Source of the DNA: Candidatus Binatia bacterium
GTDB taxonomy: Bacteria > Desulfobacterota > Binatia > Bin18
Direction: 5' to 3'
NCBI GenBank assembly: GCA_963666315.2
Contig: CAXXHG010000039.1
Coordinates: 32,001 to 96,000, forward strand
DNA length: 64,000 bases
Made by a program: the position numbers and the translations under genes. The notes beneath the pieces are model-generated. The model was not told the DNA's origin. It did not search any database and worked only from the letters and a program-made list of their open reading frames with translations. Positions 10,485 through 21,461 of the stretch are shown here, piece by piece. Every line of letters starts with the position of its first letter. Position 1 is the stretch's first letter.

Positions 10485-11705
10485 ATGGAGCGAGCACCGA
10501 TCTATATGGACAATCAAGCCACGACACCGGTGGACCCAAGGGTGGTGGAGGCAATGGTGCCGTATTTGGGGGAAGTGTATGGGAATGCGGCCAGTCGGAA
10601 CCATGCATTTGGCTGGGCGGCAGAAGAGGCCGTCGACCAGGGACGGAGTCAGATTGCAGAGTTGGTCGGCGCGCGGCCCAAAGAGATCATTTTCACCAGC
10701 GGAGCGACGGAATCGGATAATCTGGCGATTAAGGGTGTTGTGGAGTTCTATGCAGATAAGGGTAATCATATTATTACCGCAGTAACAGAGCACAAAGCAG
10801 TCTTAGATACGTGTAAAGCGCTGGAGCGTTCCAACGCCGCCGAAGTGACGTACCTGCCGGTCGATCAATATGGACGGGTGGATCCTGACGATGTGAAAAA
10901 CGCCATCCGAGAGAAGACTATCCTGATTTCATTGATGTATGCGAATAATGAGATTGGGACGTTGCATCCGATTCGAGCAATCGGCAAATTAGCGAAGGAG
11001 CGGGGGGTTCTCTTCCACTCTGATGCGACCCAGGGAGTGGGGAAAGTTCCTGTTAATGTTGATGCAGATGGCATCGACCTCATGTCTATGAGTGCGCATA
11101 AGATATATGGGCCGAAGGGGTGTGGGGCACTCTACGTACGATCGAGAGGCCCACGGGTTCGTCTCAGAGCGCAAGTGGACGGCGGGGGTCATGAGCGCGG
11201 TATGCGCTCGGGGACACTGAATGTGGCGGGCATTGTGGGGTTTGGGAAAGCGTGTGAGCTGTGTGGGCAGGGGTTAGAGGGAGAAGCCGGGCGTTTACTC
11301 ACGCTCCGGCAACGCCTGTACGACGGGCTGACCAGTAACCTAGACGAGCTGTATTTGAATGGGCATCCGACCGAGCGGATACCGGGCAACCTCAATGTGA
11401 GTTTCTCGTATGTAGAGGGGGAGTCGTTCCTGATGGGGCTGAATCGAGAAATCGCGCTCTCGTCAGGCTCAGCGTGCACGTCGGCGTCACTGGAGCCGTC
11501 CTATGTGCTCAAGGCCTTAGGCGTTGGTGAGGAGTTGGCCCATACCTCGATTCGGTTTGGGTTGGGACGGTTTAACACGGAGGAGGAGGTCGACTACGTG
11601 GTCGAGCGGGTGTCCGAGGTAGTGATCCGTCTCAGAGAGATGTCGCCCCTGTATGAGATGGCCAAGGAGGGCATCGACCTGAAGTCTGTTCAGTGGAAAG
11701 CCTGA
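10485..11705 (+). CDS. iscS: cysteine desulfurase
   Basis: [50 protein letters not shown] motifs. Confidence 0.96.
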   Translation: MERAPIYMDNQATTPVDPRVVEAMVPYLGEVYGNAASRNHAFGWAAEEAVDQGRSQIAELVGARPKEIIFTSGATESDNLAIKGVVEFYADKGNHIITAVTEHKAVLDTCKALERSNAAEVTYLPVDQYGRVDPDDVKNAIREKTILISLMYANNEIGTLHPIRAIGKLAKERGVLFHSDATQGVGKVPVNVDADGIDLMSMSAHKIYGPKGCGALYVRSRGPRVRLRAQVDGGGHERGMRSGTLNVAGIVGFGKACELCGQGLEGEAGRLLTLRQRLYDGLTSNLDELYLNGHPTERIPGNLNVSFSYVEGESFLMGLNREIALSSGSACTSASLEPSYVLKALGVGEELAHTSIRFGLGRFNTEEEVDYVVERVSEVVIRLREMSPLYEMAKEGIDLKSVQWKA

Positions 11706-11761
11706 GGCTGGCAAAGAATTTAGGATATTTGGATACTTTGTATTAAGATTAGGACAAAGCG

Positions 11762-12175
11762 ATGGCATACACAGCGAAAGTCATAGAGCATTTTGAGCGG
11801 CCGAAGAATGTGGGGAGTTTTGGGAAAGACGAGGAGAACGTAGGGACGGGCGTGGTGGGGGCGCCGGAGTGCGGGGACGTGATGAAGCTGCAGCTGAAGA
11901 TCAATCCGGTTACGGAAGTGATCGAGGATGCGAAGTTTAAGACGTTTGGGTGCGGGTCGGCGATTGCGTCGTCGAGTTATGTGACGGAGTTAGTGAAGGG
12001 GAAGACGGTCGCGGAGGCGTATGAGATCCGGAACACGCAGATCGTGACAGAGCTGTCGCTGCCGCCGGTGAAGATACATTGTTCGGTGTTAGCAGAGGAT
12101 GCGATCAAGGCGGCGGTGGCGGACTGGCGGGAGAAAGGTCCTGTGGACGTCCCCAAATCCGACAAAGCCGCGTAA
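11762..12175 (+). CDS. iscU: Fe-S cluster scaffold
   Basis: GAPECGDVM, FKTFGCGSAIASSS, LPPVKIHCS motifs. Confidence 0.96.
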   Translation: MAYTAKVIEHFERPKNVGSFGKDEENVGTGVVGAPECGDVMKLQLKINPVTEVIEDAKFKTFGCGSAIASSSYVTELVKGKTVAEAYEIRNTQIVTELSLPPVKIHCSVLAEDAIKAAVADWREKGPVDVPKSDKAA

Positions 12176-12196
12176 TACACCTCTAAGGAAACAGGC

Positions 12197-12541
12197 ATGG
12201 TAAGCGCGAAAGCAAAACTCAAGATTGAAATTAGTGAAACCGCAGCCAAGAAGATCGAAGATCTCACGCTGCAGGACGAACGGGAAGAGAGCGGACTGCG
12301 GGTCAAAGTTGTCGGTGGGGGCTGTTCCGGCCTTTCCTATAAGATGGACCTGGATATCCCACGCGATGGCGACCGCGTCTTCGAGCGGGAAAGAGCGAAG
12401 GTTATTGTTGACCGCAAGAGTTTTATCTATTTGCGGGGGACTGAGCTGGATTTTTCTGAGACGCTGATGGACGCAGGTTTCAAATTGACCAATCCCAACG
12501 TCAAACGGTCGTGCGGCTGCGGCAGTTCATTCTCTGTCTAA
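12197..12541 (+). CDS. iscA: HesB/IscA family Fe-S carrier
   Basis: GGGCSGLSY and NPN...SCGCGSSF motifs. Confidence 0.93.
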   Translation: MVSAKAKLKIEISETAAKKIEDLTLQDEREESGLRVKVVGGGCSGLSYKMDLDIPRDGDRVFERERAKVIVDRKSFIYLRGTELDFSETLMDAGFKLTNPNVKRSCGCGSSFSV

Positions 12542-12551
12542 TCTCCACATC

Positions 12552-13220
12552 ATGTCCACGACTGCGGTGGTGCAGTGCTGGCGGTGTCAGGATGAACATG
12601 CAGCTCAGGCGTTCTGTCCTGCTTGCCACGTCATTCAGGTCCTCCCTGCTGATGTTGATTACTTTAGCGTCTTCGGTCTTGCCCGAAATCCGGTTCTTGA
12701 TGAAGTCAACCTGACTCAGATGTATTACGATCTCAGCCGTCAGTTGCATCCCGATCTGCATCAAACTGGAACGGCTGAGGAGCAAGAAGCCAGCCTCAAG
12801 AATACGGCACTGCTGAATCGGGCCTATTGGATTCTGCGCGACCCTGTTCAGCGTGGTCAGTATTGGCTGGAGCTGAACGGCGAACAGCTTGGCAAGGCAA
12901 ATAACCGGGTACCTGCCCAGCTGGCTGTGCTGGTGTTCGAGGTGCAGGAAAAACTGGCAGAGTTGAGAGAGGTCCGCACTACGCAGGCCGCTGCTACCCT
13001 TGCTGATCTAAAATCTGAACTTGAGCAGATCAGGGCCGATCTGGATGAACAGATGCAGAGCTTCCAGCAGAAACTGACCACCAATTTTGCCAAATGGGAG
13101 CATCCTGACAGGCCGCAAGATCTCTTGAGTGAACTCAAACGGGTGCTGTCAGATATGGCGTATCTGCGCACCTTGGGACGCGATGTGGAAAAGGAATATA
13201 GTGTATCGTGGAACACATAG
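12552..13220 (+). CDS. hscB: Fe-S co-chaperone with N-terminal CxxC/CxxC module
   Basis: [17 protein letters not shown]-domain HPD, LNRAY..LRDP motifs. Operon position. Confidence 0.92.
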   Translation: MSTTAVVQCWRCQDEHAAQAFCPACHVIQVLPADVDYFSVFGLARNPVLDEVNLTQMYYDLSRQLHPDLHQTGTAEEQEASLKNTALLNRAYWILRDPVQRGQYWLELNGEQLGKANNRVPAQLAVLVFEVQEKLAELREVRTTQAAATLADLKSELEQIRADLDEQMQSFQQKLTTNFAKWEHPDRPQDLLSELKRVLSDMAYLRTLGRDVEKEYSVSWNT

Positions 13221-15019
13221 TTGGTATTGATCTTGGGACAACAAATAGTCTGATTGCCTATGTGGACGAGGATGGCCCACGCATCATTGCGGATGCCAAA
13301 ACCGGGCACAAGATCGTCCCTTCCATTGTCAGTTTTTTATCGGATGGAAAGATTGTCGTTGGCCGCGAAGCCGGCGAGCTGGCGCGGACTCAGCCTTTGA
13401 GCACTATTCGGTCGGTCAAACGTTTTATGGGCCTCGGCATGGAACACGTCAGCCCGGACGACCAACAACGCTACCGTTTTGCTAACGATCAAGGCATGGT
13501 GCGCTTTGCCATACACGACCGTCAATATACGTCACCAGAGGTCTCGGCAGTGATTCTGCGTGCGTTGCGAGAGCAGGCCGAAGCTGCGCTCAAAGAAGAA
13601 GTCCACAAGGTTGTGATTACTGTGCCGGCCTATTTCAACGATTCGCAGCGCCAGGCTACAAAAGACGCGGGAAAGCTCGCCGGCTTGGATGTCATTCGCC
13701 TCTTGAACGAACCCACCGCGGCCTCCCTTGCCTATGGCCTGAATACAAAGCAAGAGGGATTGATCGCCGTGTATGATTTTGGTGGCGGAACGTTTGATGT
13801 ATCCATTCTGCGCCTCCATACCGGGATCTTTGAGGTGCTGTCGACGAGTGGGGATATGCGCTTGGGTGGCGACGATATAGATCAATGCCTAGCCGCGCGC
13901 TTTCTCCTGTCGGATCTGTCAGAAGAGCTGCGCCGCGACCCGCAGGTGCTGAGCATTGCGCACAGCGTTGCGGAACGTGCCAAGTCGGCTCTGTCAGAAC
14001 AGGATGAAACCGTTCTGGATTTTTCCGTCGCTGAAAAAGGGATTCGCGTCTCGCGCAGCCTGACGCGTCAAGAGCTGGAGGAAGCGGTTGACGAGATTGT
14101 TACGCGGACGCTCGGGCCGTGTCGTCAGGCACTTAAAGATGCCGGGCTTGAACCGCATGAGATCGAAGAAGTTGTTGTAGTGGGCGGCTCTACACGCATG
14201 CCGCTGGTCCGCCAGCGGGTTGGTGAGTTTTTTGGGCGCAGCCCGCTGACCGATCTTGATCCTGATGAAGTGGTTGCCCTGGGCGCGGCAGTTCAGGCCG
14301 ATACGCTGTCCGGACGCCGGCGAGACATGCTCCTCCTTGACGTTGTGCCACTGTCCTTAGGTATCGAGACCATGGGCGGAGTGCTGAGCCACTTGATTGA
14401 GCGTAATACAACGATCCCGGCGAGTGTGAAAGAAATGTTTACGACTGCAGTAGATGATCAGACCGCAGTTGATGTTCATGTTCTTCAGGGCGAGCGTGAA
14501 CTCGTACAGGATTGTCGTAGTCTGGCTCGGTTTACGATTCCTATTGAACCTAAGCCGGCCGGAGTGCCCCGCGTCGAAGTCACCTTTATGATCGACGCTA
14601 ACGGTATTTTGAGTGTCTCGGCCCTAGACTTAAGGACCGGGCTGGAACGGTCCGTTGAAGTAAAGCCGTCGTACGGCCTTACTGACGACGAGGTTGAGCA
14701 GCTTCTTGAGGAGTCCATCGATTTTGCAGAAGAAGATATAGAGCAACGTTTACTCATCGAAGCCCGTACAGAGGCGGATACTGTTCTCAATGCGACACAC
14801 AAAGCGCTGCATAAGAATGCGTCATTTTTGCGGCAAGGCGAAGAAGAACAGATTGCACAGGCAGTGCAAAAACTACGTGAGGCGCGGGATGGCAAGGATT
14901 ACGATTTGATCCGAGATTTGACTGAGGAATTGAGCGAAGCGACTACTCCCTTTGCCCAGAGGATTATGGACTCTTCGATCCAAGAAGTGCTGGGGGAAAA
15001 ACGCCTGTCTGAGCTATAG
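13208..15019 (+). CDS. hscA: Fe-S chaperone Hsp70
   Basis: [48 protein letters not shown] motifs. Located in the isc operon. Confidence 0.93.
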   Translation: MEHIVGIDLGTTNSLIAYVDEDGPRIIADAKTGHKIVPSIVSFLSDGKIVVGREAGELARTQPLSTIRSVKRFMGLGMEHVSPDDQQRYRFANDQGMVRFAIHDRQYTSPEVSAVILRALREQAEAALKEEVHKVVITVPAYFNDSQRQATKDAGKLAGLDVIRLLNEPTAASLAYGLNTKQEGLIAVYDFGGGTFDVSILRLHTGIFEVLSTSGDMRLGGDDIDQCLAARFLLSDLSEELRRDPQVLSIAHSVAERAKSALSEQDETVLDFSVAEKGIRVSRSLTRQELEEAVDEIVTRTLGPCRQALKDAGLEPHEIEEVVVVGGSTRMPLVRQRVGEFFGRSPLTDLDPDEVVALGAAVQADTLSGRRRDMLLLDVVPLSLGIETMGGVLSHLIERNTTIPASVKEMFTTAVDDQTAVDVHVLQGERELVQDCRSLARFTIPIEPKPAGVPRVEVTFMIDANGILSVSALDLRTGLERSVEVKPSYGLTDDEVEQLLEESIDFAEEDIEQRLLIEARTEADTVLNATHKALHKNASFLRQGEEEQIAQAVQKLREARDGKDYDLIRDLTEELSEATTPFAQRIMDSSIQEVLGEKRLSEL

Positions 15020-15042
15020 CGCCTGAGAAGCTGGAGGCTGAG

Positions 15043-15255
15043 ATGCAGCTATATTGGGATAACGTCGAAGATCTTGCTGAGCAGCTTTTTGAAGCGCAAC
15101 CAGAGACGGATCCTCTGAGTGTGCGCTTTACTGATCTACATCAATGGGTGACGGAACTGGCAGACTTTAGCGATAATCCGCAAGACTCGAGTGAGGGGAA
15201 ACTCGAAGCCATTCAGATGGCCTGGCTTGAACTCTATAAAGAAGAGCATGAGTAG
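15043..15255 (+). CDS. iscX: Fe-S assembly protein IscX
   Basis: DPLSVRFTDLHQWV..L..F.D.P..S.E.KLEAIQMAW pattern. Confidence 0.92.
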   Translation: MQLYWDNVEDLAEQLFEAQPETDPLSVRFTDLHQWVTELADFSDNPQDSSEGKLEAIQMAWLELYKEEHE

Positions 15256-15295
15256 CCGGCGACTCGCTTAGGTTGAATTTTTGTGAAGAAATACT

Positions 15296-15325
15296 TTGAC
15301 ATTCGGCGCGTACCTTTGGTATGCG
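15296..15325 (+). promoter_or_regulatory. putative sigma70 promoter
   Basis: TTGACA-18 nt-TATGCG with a TG extension, upstream of the GGAGG RBS of ORF 15388. Confidence 0.4.
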
Positions 15326-15387
15326 AAAAGAAAGATAGTATTGCCCGTCAGAAGCGCACGAAAACGTAACCGTGGTGGAGGTGGAAT

Positions 15388-15900
15388 ATGGTGGGGGCGA
15401 ACGAACAGGGACGAACGAGCAGCGCGCGCAGACTCTCGGAGCGAGAGAAACTGCTTGCGGAGGGGGGTACACATATCTTCCAGCCTGATACGATCCTGCC
15501 CGCACAATTTTTTTCGACCCTGAGACAACGGACTGCCTCGCAGGGTGAACGACGCTTAGTCGCTGCTGTTCTAGAGGATGCTGTCGCGTGCTTTCAGAAA
15601 CATCTTGGGGCAGAGGACCGGAGAAACCGCAAACTCTACGCGGATGCTGAGGCCTGGCTTTTCTCTGATGACGATAGCTGGCCCTTTGCGTTTGTGAATG
15701 TGTGTGAAGCCCTCGATATCCAGCCACCCTTCCTCCGGCGCGGTTTGCTCCTGTGGCGCAGCGGCCAGCGCGCGCAATACCAGCGTGCGGCTCGGCGCGT
15801 TGAGAGCGCCTCCCTTGTGAGCCCCTGGCGGGCGCGCAGTGAGCGGGCGCACAGTGAACACGTATGCCCGCACTTGCTGAAGCAGGCGAGTGGGGCATAG
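15388..15900 (+). CDS. conserved hypothetical protein
   Basis: Strong GGAGGT RBS. FQPDTILPAQFF/ERRLVAAVLEDAV/WPFAFVNVCEAL pattern, recalled as an unannotated family. Confidence 0.7.
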   Translation: MVGANEQGRTSSARRLSEREKLLAEGGTHIFQPDTILPAQFFSTLRQRTASQGERRLVAAVLEDAVACFQKHLGAEDRRNRKLYADAEAWLFSDDDSWPFAFVNVCEALDIQPPFLRRGLLLWRSGQRAQYQRAARRVESASLVSPWRARSERAHSEHVCPHLLKQASGA

Positions 15901-17594
15901 GGTATTTCGTATTCGTGTTACACTTCCTGCTGCGTGGTATTACCCGCTGTGTTCTCTGGACGATTGAGTTTCTTGGCCGTCTGACCGGACGGTACGGTCC
16001 GTATAATACCCTCCAGCTCGAATTGACAGGCTCTCTTGCCGAGGACGGGGTCCTTGGCTTCCTGCCTTTCCGACGCACGGCAGCCCCGGATCTTTTAGCA
16101 TTTACCTCTCTGCTGCGCTGGGCGCGTGAGGATGATCAGATCAAGGCGGTTGTGTTAACCATCGACGATCTGGACATGGGTTGGGCCCGGCTGCAGAGTC
16201 TGCGTCGTTCCCTCCTGGCCCTACGCCAGGCCGGGAAATACATTCTGGTCTACCTCTCTGAGGCGGGGACTCAGGAGTACTATCTGGCCAGTGTGGCAAA
16301 TGCGATTGCCTTGGCACCGGCCGGCCATCTCACTGTGACCGGCATTGCCACGGAAACGCTGTTCTTTAAGGGCGCTCTGGATAAGCTGGGGATTGAAGCC
16401 CAGGTGAGCCAGGCCGGGCAATATAAATCTGCCGGCGAACCCTTTACACGGACCTCACTCTCCGAGCCGCATCGGGAGATGATGAACAGTCTCCTCGACG
16501 ATCTGTATGATCAGATTGTTGAAGCTATTGCCTCGGCTCGAAACAAAGAGAAGACCGCTGTGCGTGAGCTCATTGATCGTGGCCTTTTTCTGTCTCAGGA
16601 GGCACAAGAAGCCGGTTTAGTCGACCATATTGGGTATGAAGACGAGATCCCGACGTGGTTAGAGGAACACGTTGGGCAAGCTGGCTCGATTGAAACGATT
16701 GAGGCCGGGCAGTACCAGCGTCGACGCGGGCGTCTCATTCGTCGGCACGCGCTCAAACATGCCCCGTTTCGCATTGCGCTGATGACAATAGGCGGAACGA
16801 TTATTCGTGGCGAGAGCGTAACCGGGCGTGACAGTATCCAGTCGACCGGGTCGACGAGTTTTATTCGTGATCTCAAGCAGGTACGCGGAGATCCGAGCGT
16901 CGCGGGAGTGGTCGTGCGGGTGACGAGCCCGGGTGGATCTGGACTGGCGTCTGATCTGGTTTGGCACGAACTCCAGCAAACGCGAGAGGAGAAACCTGTT
17001 ATCATTTCACTGGGGGATGTTGCTGCTTCTGGGGGGTATTATGTTGCTCTTGCTGGCAATACGGTTTTTGCCGAGGAAGGGACGATCACCGGCTCCATCG
17101 GCGTGATTGCGGGTAAGGCCGTGTTGCAGGGATTATATGCGCAGCTCGGCCTGGAAAAGGAAATCCTGACACGCGGGAAACGGGCTGCCTTGTTTTCGGA
17201 CTATCTCGCCTTTGGGCCTGCTGAACAAGAACGTGTGAACGTCGAAGTTCAAAGCTTTTATCGAGATTTTGTTGAGAAAGTCGCTCAGTGTCGGTCGCTG
17301 AGTTATGAGATCGTCGATGCTTGTGCGCAAGGTCGTGTATGGAGCGGACGGCAGGCCTTGGCGCGTGGTCTGGTCGACGCGATAGGCGGGCTGGAAGAGG
17401 CAATAGCCGAGGTCAAACATCAGGTTGGGGTGCCGGACAACTGGCCTGTCGGCATCGAACGATTTCCCAAGCCTTCATCCCTGCTGCACTTGCCAACGAT
17501 TTTGCGTCTTCTTCCCAGGGGCAATACGGCGACCTGGCCGGGAGCGAGGGACCGGGTATGGGCAATTATGCCGTTTTCTCTGCATTTTTTGTAA
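15864..17594 (+). CDS. sppA: signal peptide peptidase SppA (67K type)
   Basis: Tandem S49 domains, [35 protein letters not shown] motifs. Start uncertain. Confidence 0.92.
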   Translation: MPALAEAGEWGIGYFVFVLHFLLRGITRCVLWTIEFLGRLTGRYGPYNTLQLELTGSLAEDGVLGFLPFRRTAAPDLLAFTSLLRWAREDDQIKAVVLTIDDLDMGWARLQSLRRSLLALRQAGKYILVYLSEAGTQEYYLASVANAIALAPAGHLTVTGIATETLFFKGALDKLGIEAQVSQAGQYKSAGEPFTRTSLSEPHREMMNSLLDDLYDQIVEAIASARNKEKTAVRELIDRGLFLSQEAQEAGLVDHIGYEDEIPTWLEEHVGQAGSIETIEAGQYQRRRGRLIRRHALKHAPFRIALMTIGGTIIRGESVTGRDSIQSTGSTSFIRDLKQVRGDPSVAGVVVRVTSPGGSGLASDLVWHELQQTREEKPVIISLGDVAASGGYYVALAGNTVFAEEGTITGSIGVIAGKAVLQGLYAQLGLEKEILTRGKRAALFSDYLAFGPAEQERVNVEVQSFYRDFVEKVAQCRSLSYEIVDACAQGRVWSGRQALARGLVDAIGGLEEAIAEVKHQVGVPDNWPVGIERFPKPSSLLHLPTILRLLPRGNTATWPGARDRVWAIMPFSLHFL

Positions 17595-17742
17595 CCTAGG
17601 TGACAGTCCACAGGGAGGCTGAACTTGTAATGCTTCAGAACGTCGGATATTGTACCGATCATATAACCGTCCGTATCTCACTACTTGTCCATAATAATTT
17701 TGAGCGAAAAAATTGATTAGCAGCAGCTGAGGAGGAGATTCC

Positions 17743-19602
17743 ATGGCGACAAATCCAGGGGGCGTTCCCCTGCAAAAATCGACACAAGAACGTGAAGGTG
17801 TCGTCATTCGCTTTGCCGGAGACTCTGGCGACGGAATGCAGCTCACCGGGACCCGCTTTACATCTGAATCCGTTCTGGCCGGTAACGATGTTGGGACCCT
17901 GCCCGACTTTCCAGCAGAAATACGGGCGCCTACCGGCACGCTATACGGAGTCAGCGCCTTTCAAGTCAATTTCAGTAATAAAAATGTGTATACCCCTGGC
18001 GATGAGTTGGATACGCTGGTGTGCATGAATCCCGCTGCTCTTAAGACCAATATTGCCGATTTGAAACAAAATGGCATCCTGATCGTGGATCCGGCTGAGT
18101 TCAGCAGCGCTAATCTGAGAAAGGCCGAGTACAAAGAGAACCCACTCGAGGGGAACTCGCTCGATAAGTATCAGGTCTATAAAGTCGAAGTCACAAAGAT
18201 GACGACGCTGGCCCTCAAAGATACCGGGCTGCCGAACCGGTCGGTTATGCGGAGTCGCAACTTCTTCGCTTTGGGCGTTGTCTCCTGGCTTTTTAATCGC
18301 CCGATTGAGCCCACGTTGGAGTGGATCCAGCAAAAATTTGGCAAGAATCCGGTTGTAGCCGACGCCAACAGTCTTGCCATCAAAGGTGGCTATAATTTCG
18401 GTGAAAACACCGACATGTTTGCCTCGTCGTATGAAATCAAGCCCGCCAAGATTGCACCCGGCGTCTATCGCAATATCACTGGCAACTCAGCAACCGCGCT
18501 GGGTTTTGTTATTGCCGCACAGAAGGCCGGACTCCCGCTCTTCTTGGGCAGTTATCCCATTACTCCGGCCAGCGATGTGTTGCACGAATTGGCTGAGTAT
18601 AAAAACTACAACGTCTATACGTTTCAAGCCGAAGACGAAATCGCTGGGGTCGGCGCAGCGCTGGGTGCTGCTTTTGGTGGGGCACTCGGCATTACGACGA
18701 CGAGTGGTCCCGGCATGAATCTCAAGGGCGAGACGATAGGTTTGGCTGCTACAGTCGAATTACCACTGGTGATCACCAATATTCAGCGTGCCGGCCCGAG
18801 TACGGGTATGCCGACCAAGCCCGAGCAAACCGACCTCATGCAGGCGATCTACGGACGTCACGGTGAATCACCGATCCCCGTCATTGCCGCCTCGACTCCG
18901 GTAGATTGTTTTTGTGCTGCTTTTGAGGCTGCCCGTATCGCGATGAAGTATATGACCCCGGTAATTCTTTTGACTGACGGTTTTCTGGCCAACGCGTCAG
19001 AACCGTGGCTGCTGCCGTCGGCAGATGATCTGCCGAGTATCCCTGTTGAATTTCGGACTGATCCGCAAGGCTTTTTCCCGTATCTGCGTGATGAAGCAAC
19101 CCTCGCCCGCCCATGGGCCACGCCTGGCACGCCAGGCCTTGAACACCGTATTGGCGGCATTGAAAAAGACTATCTGACTGGAAACATCAGCTATGCTCCC
19201 GCCAACCACGAACAAATGGTGAGGGTTCGGCATCAGAAAGTGCAGAAGATTACCCAGGAGATTCCACCGATCAAGGTGGATGGCCCTGAGCAGGGGAAGT
19301 TGCTGGTCTTGGGTTGGGGCAGTACCTACGGCCCCATTGCGGCTGCAGTCGAAGACGCCCAGGCGCGAGGCCACTCCGTCGCACATCTGCATCTGCGTTA
19401 TTTGAACCCCCTGCCGGCTGATCTGGGTGAGGTCCTGGGCCGGTACGACAAGGTCCTCGTTCCGGAAATGAATATGGGCCAATTGGTGAAGTTGATCCGA
19501 GCGGAATACCTGATTGATGCGGTGGGGCTCAACAAGATCCAAGGCCGTCCGTTCAAGGTGTCTGAAGTTGCGACCCGAATTGCGCGCATGCTGGAGGGAT
19601 AA
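17743..19602 (+). CDS. korA: 2-oxoacid:acceptor oxidoreductase alpha subunit (gamma-alpha fusion)
   Basis: IRFAGDSGDGMQLTG, YPITPAS, QAEDE, TSGPG, QRAGPSTGMPTK motifs. Confidence 0.93.
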   Translation: MATNPGGVPLQKSTQEREGVVIRFAGDSGDGMQLTGTRFTSESVLAGNDVGTLPDFPAEIRAPTGTLYGVSAFQVNFSNKNVYTPGDELDTLVCMNPAALKTNIADLKQNGILIVDPAEFSSANLRKAEYKENPLEGNSLDKYQVYKVEVTKMTTLALKDTGLPNRSVMRSRNFFALGVVSWLFNRPIEPTLEWIQQKFGKNPVVADANSLAIKGGYNFGENTDMFASSYEIKPAKIAPGVYRNITGNSATALGFVIAAQKAGLPLFLGSYPITPASDVLHELAEYKNYNVYTFQAEDEIAGVGAALGAAFGGALGITTTSGPGMNLKGETIGLAATVELPLVITNIQRAGPSTGMPTKPEQTDLMQAIYGRHGESPIPVIAASTPVDCFCAAFEAARIAMKYMTPVILLTDGFLANASEPWLLPSADDLPSIPVEFRTDPQGFFPYLRDEATLARPWATPGTPGLEHRIGGIEKDYLTGNISYAPANHEQMVRVRHQKVQKITQEIPPIKVDGPEQGKLLVLGWGSTYGPIAAAVEDAQARGHSVAHLHLRYLNPLPADLGEVLGRYDKVLVPEMNMGQLVKLIRAEYLIDAVGLNKIQGRPFKVSEVATRIARMLEG

Positions 19603-19607
19603 GGATC

Positions 19608-20621
19608 ATGAGTACAGAAGCTGCGGTAAAACTCACACGGAAAGATTTTGTCTCCGACCAGGATGTACGCTGGTGTCCTGGCTGCGGAGACTATGCCATT
19701 CTAGCCCAGGTCCAAAAAATCTTTCCTGAGCTTGGCATTCCAAAAGAAAAAGCGGTATTCATCTCGGGCATCGGCTGTGCCAGCCGCTTCCCGTATTACA
19801 TGAACACATACGGCTTTCATACTATTCATGGTCGTGCTCCTGCAATTGCAACTGGACTGAAGATATCCAGGCCCGACCTGCATATTTGGGTCGTCACTGG
19901 TGACGGCGATGGTTTGAGTATTGGGGGTAATCATCTCATCCACGCCCTGCGCCGTAATGTTGAGCTGAAAATCATGCTCTTCAACAACCGCATCTATGGT
20001 CTGACCAAGGGCCAATATTCTCCGACCTCTGAATTAGGAAAAGTAGCCAAGTCCACACCCATGGGCTCGGTCGACCATCCGCTCAACCCGATGACTTTGG
20101 TGTTGGGCGCAGAAGCCACGTTTATTGCGCGCACTATCGACACTGAAGCCAAACACCAGCAAGAGACACTCAGACGGGCTGCCGCCCATAAAGGCGGCAC
20201 TTTTCTTGAGATCCTGCAGAACTGCAATGTCTATAATGACGGGGTATGGGAACGTCTGAAGGATAAAGACTCCAAAGCCGACACGCAATTGCTGCTTGAG
20301 CATGGCAAACCCCTGGTTTTTGGAAAGAACAAAGAGCGCGGTATTCGCCTCAACGGGTTGAAGCCGGAAGTGGTCAGCATACGCAACGGCGTGAGCATCT
20401 CAGATCTCTTGGTGCACGATGAACACGATCAAACCCTGGCGTATGTACTCAGTCGTATGACGCCGCCCAACTTCCCAACACCGCTGGGCGTCCTGTTTTC
20501 AACGGAAAGGCCGACGATTGAAGCCCTGATGGCCCAACAAATTAAGACTGCAGTTGAAAAGTCCGGACCGGGCAAGCTTGACGATCTCCTCCGCCGCGGT
20601 GATGTGTGGACTGTGGAATAG
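19608..20621 (+). CDS. korB: 2-oxoacid:ferredoxin oxidoreductase beta subunit
   Basis: RWCPGCGD, SGIGC, HGRA, GDGD TPP motif, YGLTKGQYSPT. Confidence 0.93.
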   Translation: MSTEAAVKLTRKDFVSDQDVRWCPGCGDYAILAQVQKIFPELGIPKEKAVFISGIGCASRFPYYMNTYGFHTIHGRAPAIATGLKISRPDLHIWVVTGDGDGLSIGGNHLIHALRRNVELKIMLFNNRIYGLTKGQYSPTSELGKVAKSTPMGSVDHPLNPMTLVLGAEATFIARTIDTEAKHQQETLRRAAAHKGGTFLEILQNCNVYNDGVWERLKDKDSKADTQLLLEHGKPLVFGKNKERGIRLNGLKPEVVSIRNGVSISDLLVHDEHDQTLAYVLSRMTPPNFPTPLGVLFSTERPTIEALMAQQIKTAVEKSGPGKLDDLLRRGDVWTVE

Positions 20622-20637
20622 ACGCCTGATAGATAGG

Positions 20638-20685
20638 GAAGGCCCTAGCTTATGCATTGTTCTATAAGCCGGGGCCTTCGTGTTT
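20638..20685 (+). terminator. hairpin downstream of korB
   Basis: GAAGGCCCTAGCTTAT/ATAAGCCGGGGCCTTC arms (14/16) with a weak U-tail. Confidence 0.55.
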
Positions 20686-20692
20686 CTAGCCT

Positions 20693-21004
20693 ATGCCACT
20701 TCGCCTCCGAATTCCTTGCCCACAGTGCGGGAAGATTCTGTATCGAAAGCGAGACGGGCGGTGCCCGTCGTGTGCAGCGCCCGTCAGTGCCCATGTAGAA
20801 GAAGTCCGCGACCGGGAAGAGCGGATCGAAAAGATCGTTGCCATCATAGGCACAGCCCTCGTTCTGCTGGTATTCATGTTGGCTGGCGGAGTCGGATTAT
20901 TCGAGGGCGTGGTGATGTACGGGGTGGCTGGCGCGGCGATGTTTTATCTGGCAAAGAAGACGTTTAAGCCAAACGCAGAATCAGAGGAAGAGAGTGGAGA
21001 TTAG
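20693..21004 (+). CDS. small membrane protein with N-terminal Zn ribbon
   Basis: CPQC...CPSC followed by two hydrophobic helices. Confidence 0.65.
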   Translation: MPLRLRIPCPQCGKILYRKRDGRCPSCAAPVSAHVEEVRDREERIEKIVAIIGTALVLLVFMLAGGVGLFEGVVMYGVAGAAMFYLAKKTFKPNAESEEESGD

Positions 21005-21007
21005 ATT

Positions 21008-21298
21008 ATGGCGGAGAAAGCCGAACTAAAAAAGCAGATGAAAGAGCTCAAAGTCCAGCGCGCTCGCGCGTTGGAGCAGAAGGAGCACAAAGAACTCAAG
21101 AAAGTTCGGCGAGATATCCGCTCTGTGAAGCGCCAGTTGCGTGCCTTAGCGCGAGAGGCGGCTATAGCACAGGTGCAAGCGGCAGCAGCCCAAGCTCGGG
21201 AAACCGCCGCTTCAGCTAAAGTTGAAGCGACCGCGGCTGCTGAGGCTGAAGCGGCTGCTGAGCCGGCGCCAGAACCTGAGGCAACTCCGGCTTCGTAA
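21008..21298 (+). CDS. hypothetical basic coiled-coil protein with Ala/Glu/Pro tail
   Basis: GGAG RBS, operon-like spacing, composition. Confidence 0.65.
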   Translation: MAEKAELKKQMKELKVQRARALEQKEHKELKKVRRDIRSVKRQLRALAREAAIAQVQAAAAQARETAASAKVEATAAAEAEAAAEPAPEPEATPAS

Positions 21299-21461
21299 GT
21301 CTTCCTCTTTGCCCTGGCACCAACTGGGGCGTCTACCGGGGCGAGGGCATGCGGGGGAACCTCTCCATCTTTCTTTTGCGCTGCGCAGCTCTTTTCTTTC
21401 CCCTCGCGGTTTTCAAACGTATCTGCGTACCTACGCACTTGCCCACGAAAGGAAGAACAGC

